A DNA stretch of 64,000 nt, taken from positions 372,001 to 436,000 of the forward strand of contig BCKZ01000008.1 of NCBI GenBank assembly GCA_001600815.1, written 5' to 3'. The position numbers and the translations under genes were made by a program. Positions 59,670 through 64,000 of this stretch are shown one piece after another; within the stretch, counting starts at the first letter, position 1; each line of letters begins with the position of its first letter. A model generated the notes under the pieces. That model saw only the letters and a program-made list of their open reading frames with translations, was not told where the DNA came from and did no database searches. Source of the stretch: Alloascoidea hylecoeti (taxonomy: Eukaryota).

Positions 59670-60341
59670 ATGTTGGCTATTTTCAAAGGTACTCCCTTAA
59701 AAGGTTGGGTTGGTCTTTTCTCATTTTTATTCGCTTTCTCAGTTGTCCTTTTTAAGGAATTCTTACCTCGTCACTATATCTTTGATCCCTTGGAACTACA
59801 GGAAATTTCCAAAACCGCGATTGAGAATAATAGAAATGACACTTTAGGCATATTTCAGGAAATCACATCAAGTTTAAAATCCAAATACGGTAGATTTATA
59901 AATGACTACAATGAGGAAGATTGGGTGTTTAATAATCATGGTGGAGCAATGGGATCTATGATTGTTTTACATTGTTCTGTTTCTGAATATTTAATTTTTT
60001 ATGGTACTGCTATTGGTACTGAAGGTCATTCTGGTGTCCATTTTGCCGATGATTATTTCACCATATTGCAAGGCAAAGAAATTGCTCAGTTACCTGGAAA
60101 ATTACATCCTGAAGTTTATCATCCAGGTGACCAACATCATTTAAAGGCCGGTTATTCTAAACAATACGCTATGCCTGGTGAATCTTGGGCTCTTGAGTTA
60201 GCCCAAGGCTGGATTCCTGCAATGTTACCTTTTGGGTTTCTGGATAGTTTTAGTAGTACTTTGGACTTTTATAATTTAGGTAAAACGGTTTATATTAGTG
60301 GTCTTAATATGTTTAGAAATCTAATTAGAGGAAAGTTGTGA
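59670..60341 (+). CDS. ERG2: C-8 sterol isomerase
   Basis: WVFNNHGGAMGSM..LH.S.SEYLIFYGTAIGTEGHSGVHFADDYFTIL..WALELAQGWIPAMLPFGFLD. ATG at 59670. Confidence 0.96.
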   Translation: MLAIFKGTPLKGWVGLFSFLFAFSVVLFKEFLPRHYIFDPLELQEISKTAIENNRNDTLGIFQEITSSLKSKYGRFINDYNEEDWVFNNHGGAMGSMIVLHCSVSEYLIFYGTAIGTEGHSGVHFADDYFTILQGKEIAQLPGKLHPEVYHPGDQHHLKAGYSKQYAMPGESWALELAQGWIPAMLPFGFLDSFSSTLDFYNLGKTVYISGLNMFRNLIRGKL

Positions 60342-61220
60342 TTCAATAATTCATATAATGACACATATATCATACGCGCTTTGTATTTTCTGATGTATTA
60401 AAATAATGCTTACAATTGGCTTTTCAGTTTTCATGCATCAATATTTTATAATATAAGTTGGAGTATTTCTGGATCCACTTTGATTTAGCCATCTTCGAGA
60501 ACTTATTTCGTCGCTTTCGTATGAAACATTTCAGCGTTTCAAAATTTAATAATTGGTTTCCTGAGTGGCCAAATTATCGTTTTATAGCGTTATTTCAGTT
60601 CGCCACTTCGTACATAAGGAAATCCTACAATATTTCGGATGTTTAGTTTCAGATTTCTCAGGTTTGTTTTTGGATCTATATTATTCCAAGTTCAACATCT
60701 TGAGCAGAAATTCCTTTAACAATGTACTTAAGAAGCAGCTTCTTGTTGGGTAAATTTTGAATGTTGATCCTACAAAAATCTTTTTCTATTTCACAAAAAT
60801 CACAATCCACGGTACTTTCCCGAAAGAAGGAGCTATGATAAATTTATATTGAATGATCTTCCAAAAGGCTTGTTATTAATTTGGTATCTTTTTACTTTAC
60901 CATTGTAGATGCCACATTCTAACCGTAATGATTGTATACGACCGTCAAACTTAGCGATTAACCCAAATTTTATTAAAGGTTGAAATACTACAATGTGATC
61001 TAAAATTTACAAGACGTCATTGATTAAAGGTTCACTCTGCAGTTGCGCACTGATTAAAATTATTTTTACAACAACGTTAACAATCTTTTAAACACATGTC
61101 AGTAAAATTTTGTCCTTGAAAAAATCTCTTTTTCTTACACACTTAAACCCTTGGATATACTATACCTTACTTAATTTACGTTAAGTAAGCACATCACCTC
61201 TCCTCGGAACTTTAAAGCAA

Positions 61221-62171
61221 ATGAATCAATCACTCATCATCAACGAAAAAGAAAATTTTGGTTGGCATTTTGAATCAGTACCTGGATATTTTCTTCAAGA
61301 TAACGAATCAACTGATGATTCCACCTTTGATTTTATCGATTCGAATTTTGGTGTTGGAGAAAATAGTTGGAAGACAACAATTGAGAATTTTAAAAGTTTA
61401 GTAGTCAATAATGAAGATAGTTCAGTATTTTACAAGATGCTGTTTCTAGCAAGACACGGTCAAGGATGGCATAACTTTGCTGCTGACAAATATGGTGAAG
61501 CAGAGTGGGACAGAAAATGGGCGTTGTTAAATGGCGATGGGGAAATAACATGGGGCCCAGATCCGGAACTAACCGAGCTTGGGGTGAAGCAAGCTCAAAT
61601 CTGTAATTCTGCTTGGAAGGAACAGTTAAAAAGAGGAGCCCCATTACCACAGAGATGGTACTGTTCACCTTTTACAAGGGCTTTGGACACAATGATTCAC
61701 ACATGGGGTGATATAACACTTAACAAGATTAGCGATGATATATCAGATGGTGATAAAACACGCCCAACTATTGTGGATACTTTACATGAAATGACTGGTA
61801 TTCATACTTGTGACAAAAGACGAACCAAGTCATATGTTCAAGAGGCTTACCCAAAGTTCATTATTGATCCTGATTTAACGGAAGAGGACTTAAGTTGGAC
61901 ACCCGATTATAGAGAAACGGAAATGGAAGTGGCTAAAAGGGCATCGAAATTTTTGGTAGCGTTATTTCGTCTTGAATTAGAGAAAAGAAGTTCAGATGAT
62001 GGTGATGATGTTAGTTCACAAGATCCTGTAGATATTGAGGATCTATTCATCAGTGTTACCTGCCACTCTGGTGTTATTAATGGATTTCTAGCTGCTCTTG
62101 GACATCGACCTTTTGAAATACAAACCGGTGGATTGATCCCGGTGATAGTTAAAGGGCATAAAGCTCATTAA
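61221..62171 (+). CDS. PMU1: Histidine phosphatase / phosphoglycerate mutase-like Pmu1
   Basis: FLARHGQGWHN, WGPDPELTELG, CSPFTRALDT, GIHTCDKR, SVTCHSG and TGGLIPVIVK. Confidence 0.88.
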   Translation: MNQSLIINEKENFGWHFESVPGYFLQDNESTDDSTFDFIDSNFGVGENSWKTTIENFKSLVVNNEDSSVFYKMLFLARHGQGWHNFAADKYGEAEWDRKWALLNGDGEITWGPDPELTELGVKQAQICNSAWKEQLKRGAPLPQRWYCSPFTRALDTMIHTWGDITLNKISDDISDGDKTRPTIVDTLHEMTGIHTCDKRRTKSYVQEAYPKFIIDPDLTEEDLSWTPDYRETEMEVAKRASKFLVALFRLELEKRSSDDGDDVSSQDPVDIEDLFISVTCHSGVINGFLAALGHRPFEIQTGGLIPVIVKGHKAH

Positions 62172-62879
62172 TAATAGATCCAATTAGAAGCAACGAATTT
62201 TTATTACGAAAAACGTGTTTTTTTATAATTCTTAGCTAAAGTATATAACATTAATTTAAGATAGAGAAGAAGAAAGTTCTTGTACGAAATTAATATTTAA
62301 TTTATGATCATTTAGAAATATATTTTCTAGAAACTAATATAAATCGTTTTATATAATTATAGAAAAAGAAATATTACAGACTTAAGATCACTTAAGCATT
62401 GTCATTTTTTACATGCAGAAAATTGGACCAGAATTAAAAACTGGGAATTCGGGCCGATTTTAATATGGTGGTCATGACTTTTTGCAGTAATATTATTTAT
62501 AGGTCTATATATAAGTTATATGGATAAGATAATAATATTTAAATGGCGCTACTGTTTTATGTTTGTGGCGGTAATTGGAGCGGAAATTATAATTAAGCGG
62601 TTGACCAGAAATATTATCAAGTTGCTAAATTTAAATTATGTGGGAAAATTCTTAAAAAGAATGTAAATTATAAATATGGAAAACAAAAAGAACTTTGTTC
62701 ATATAATATCTAATTGCAATATACTAAACTATCATAATTTAACTCAGAAAGGTACCTCCCTTTAGACTTGAAAACCTTTATTTGAGAATATTTCATCGAA
62801 ACCTTAACCATTTTCCACTATTCAAAATATAAATGACCCAACTTTCTACAGAGCTAAAGCCGTATCTCACCTATTTGGT

Positions 62880-63010
62880 AGGATCAGGTCATACATATGC
62901 TGAAACTGGTTTTATTGAGAACACCAAACCAACTGGTGAAAAGCCGAAGTTATCTTCGTGAGATCGCAAGGATCAAATAAGAGAATTATAAAAAAGTCAC
63001 ACGCGGCATT
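62880..63010 (+). mobile_element. Tc1-like transposase N-terminal relic
   Basis: YAETGFIENTKPTGEKPKLSS*DRKDQIREL*K resembles the Tc1 linker YxETGxxxxxxRxGRPxKLxxRDxRxxxR. Confidence 0.5.
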
Positions 63011-63553
63011 CGGCACCGGCTGTTACAGAGACGTTTTAGTGAAAGACTCATTCGTAGGTGTGTATATCAATAAAGTATTATAACCTGTAGCAATATTGAA
63101 TGCATACATTCTACGTATCCCGAAATAAAATTGAGTCAACATCCGGGTCGATTATTACAGCATATGGATGAATATGAATGATTTCCTCAGGTAAATATTA
63201 GTATCTAGATCTATCTAGTTAAAAGTTTTAATGCGAAATCTTATGAAAGGTTAAAAAACTTAAGCTTCGTGCAATATAATTCAATAAATATTCCTATGGT
63301 TCATAAACTGGACAAAAAAAGTTTATAGTAGTTATATCTATCTATTTGAAATAAGGCTGAAATGATATTATGTAATCTATGATCTTCTGGTTGACATTTA
63401 TAAGCAATATTGATTACTGAAAATCCGTTTAGGTCCGTTTATAATTAATATTAATTAGTAAGATGACACACGTGCAGATTACTGCAAATGCGATCTGTCC
63501 ACATCACAAACTTTATTTCCTAGTTTTACCCCAGACTCGGATTTCTAAACACC

Positions 63554-64000
63554 ATGGAAGATTCTAAACCCAAAACGTGTGGTCAATTACAATTAAAAGA
63601 GGATTTTTCATTCAGATTATATACTCATAATATTCGCTACGATAATAAAAATCTTTGGAAAGGAGAATATGATTGGAAAACAGTGCGTAAATATCTTGTA
63701 TCACAGAGTATAAAATTCAATGCACAATATTCCACAATAGTTTGTTTACAAGAAGTTTTAAATAATCAATTAAATGATATATTACATTTACTTAATAAAG
63801 ATAATAATGATGAATGGATTTCATTTGGTGTTGGAAGAGATGATGGCACAACCAAAGGAGAATATTCACCAATTTTATTTAAAAAATCAGAATGGGAATT
63901 AATTAATGGTAAAACATTTTGGTTAAGTGAAACCCCGGATAAACCAAGTAAAAGTTGGGATGCAGCATTAGAAAGGATAGTTACATGGTGTTTTCTTAAA
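63554..64000 (+). CDS. Endonuclease/exonuclease/phosphatase (EEP) family protein, 5' part
   Basis: Not in the ORF track because it is open to the window end. Reads RLYTHNIRYD...IVCLQEVLNNQLNDI...GVGRDDG..KGEYSPILFKK...TFWLSETPDKPSKSWDAALERIVTW. Confidence 0.9.
   Translation, partial: MEDSKPKTCGQLQLKEDFSFRLYTHNIRYDNKNLWKGEYDWKTVRKYLVSQSIKFNAQYSTIVCLQEVLNNQLNDILHLLNKDNNDEWISFGVGRDDGTTKGEYSPILFKKSEWELINGKTFWLSETPDKPSKSWDAALERIVTWCFLK

Overview
AT-rich, intron-poor fungal DNA that looks like a Saccharomycotina yeast. The conserved Utp13 motif YILDY uses CTG for Leu, which argues for the standard code. Recognisable genes: SLA2 (5' part), LDB19/ART1, an SLM1-like PH protein, UBP12, UTP13, a HAD-IIA hydrolase, ERG11, a CTS1-like chitinase, CLG1, a CRD2-like metallothionein, a HOR7/DDR2-like mini protein, ERG2, PMU1 and the 5' part of an EEP-family hydrolase. 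The most notable items: (1) a two-exon gene, split in the ORF track, with coilin/Mug174-like architecture; (2) head-to-head with it, a 1119-aa protein with tandem psq-type HTH repeats and a CENP-B/Tc5-type HTH but no visible DDE domain, possibly a domesticated pogo transposase; (3) three tandem class-3 lipases that appear GPI-anchored, with the metallothionein and its GCTG-rich promoter inserted among them. The intergenic DNA also holds an aspartic-protease pseudogene, an ESF2 fragment beside an L1-like LINE relic, and Ty1/copia, Ty3/gypsy, Tc1 and LTR-like relics. All family calls come from motif recognition by eye; no database searches were run.
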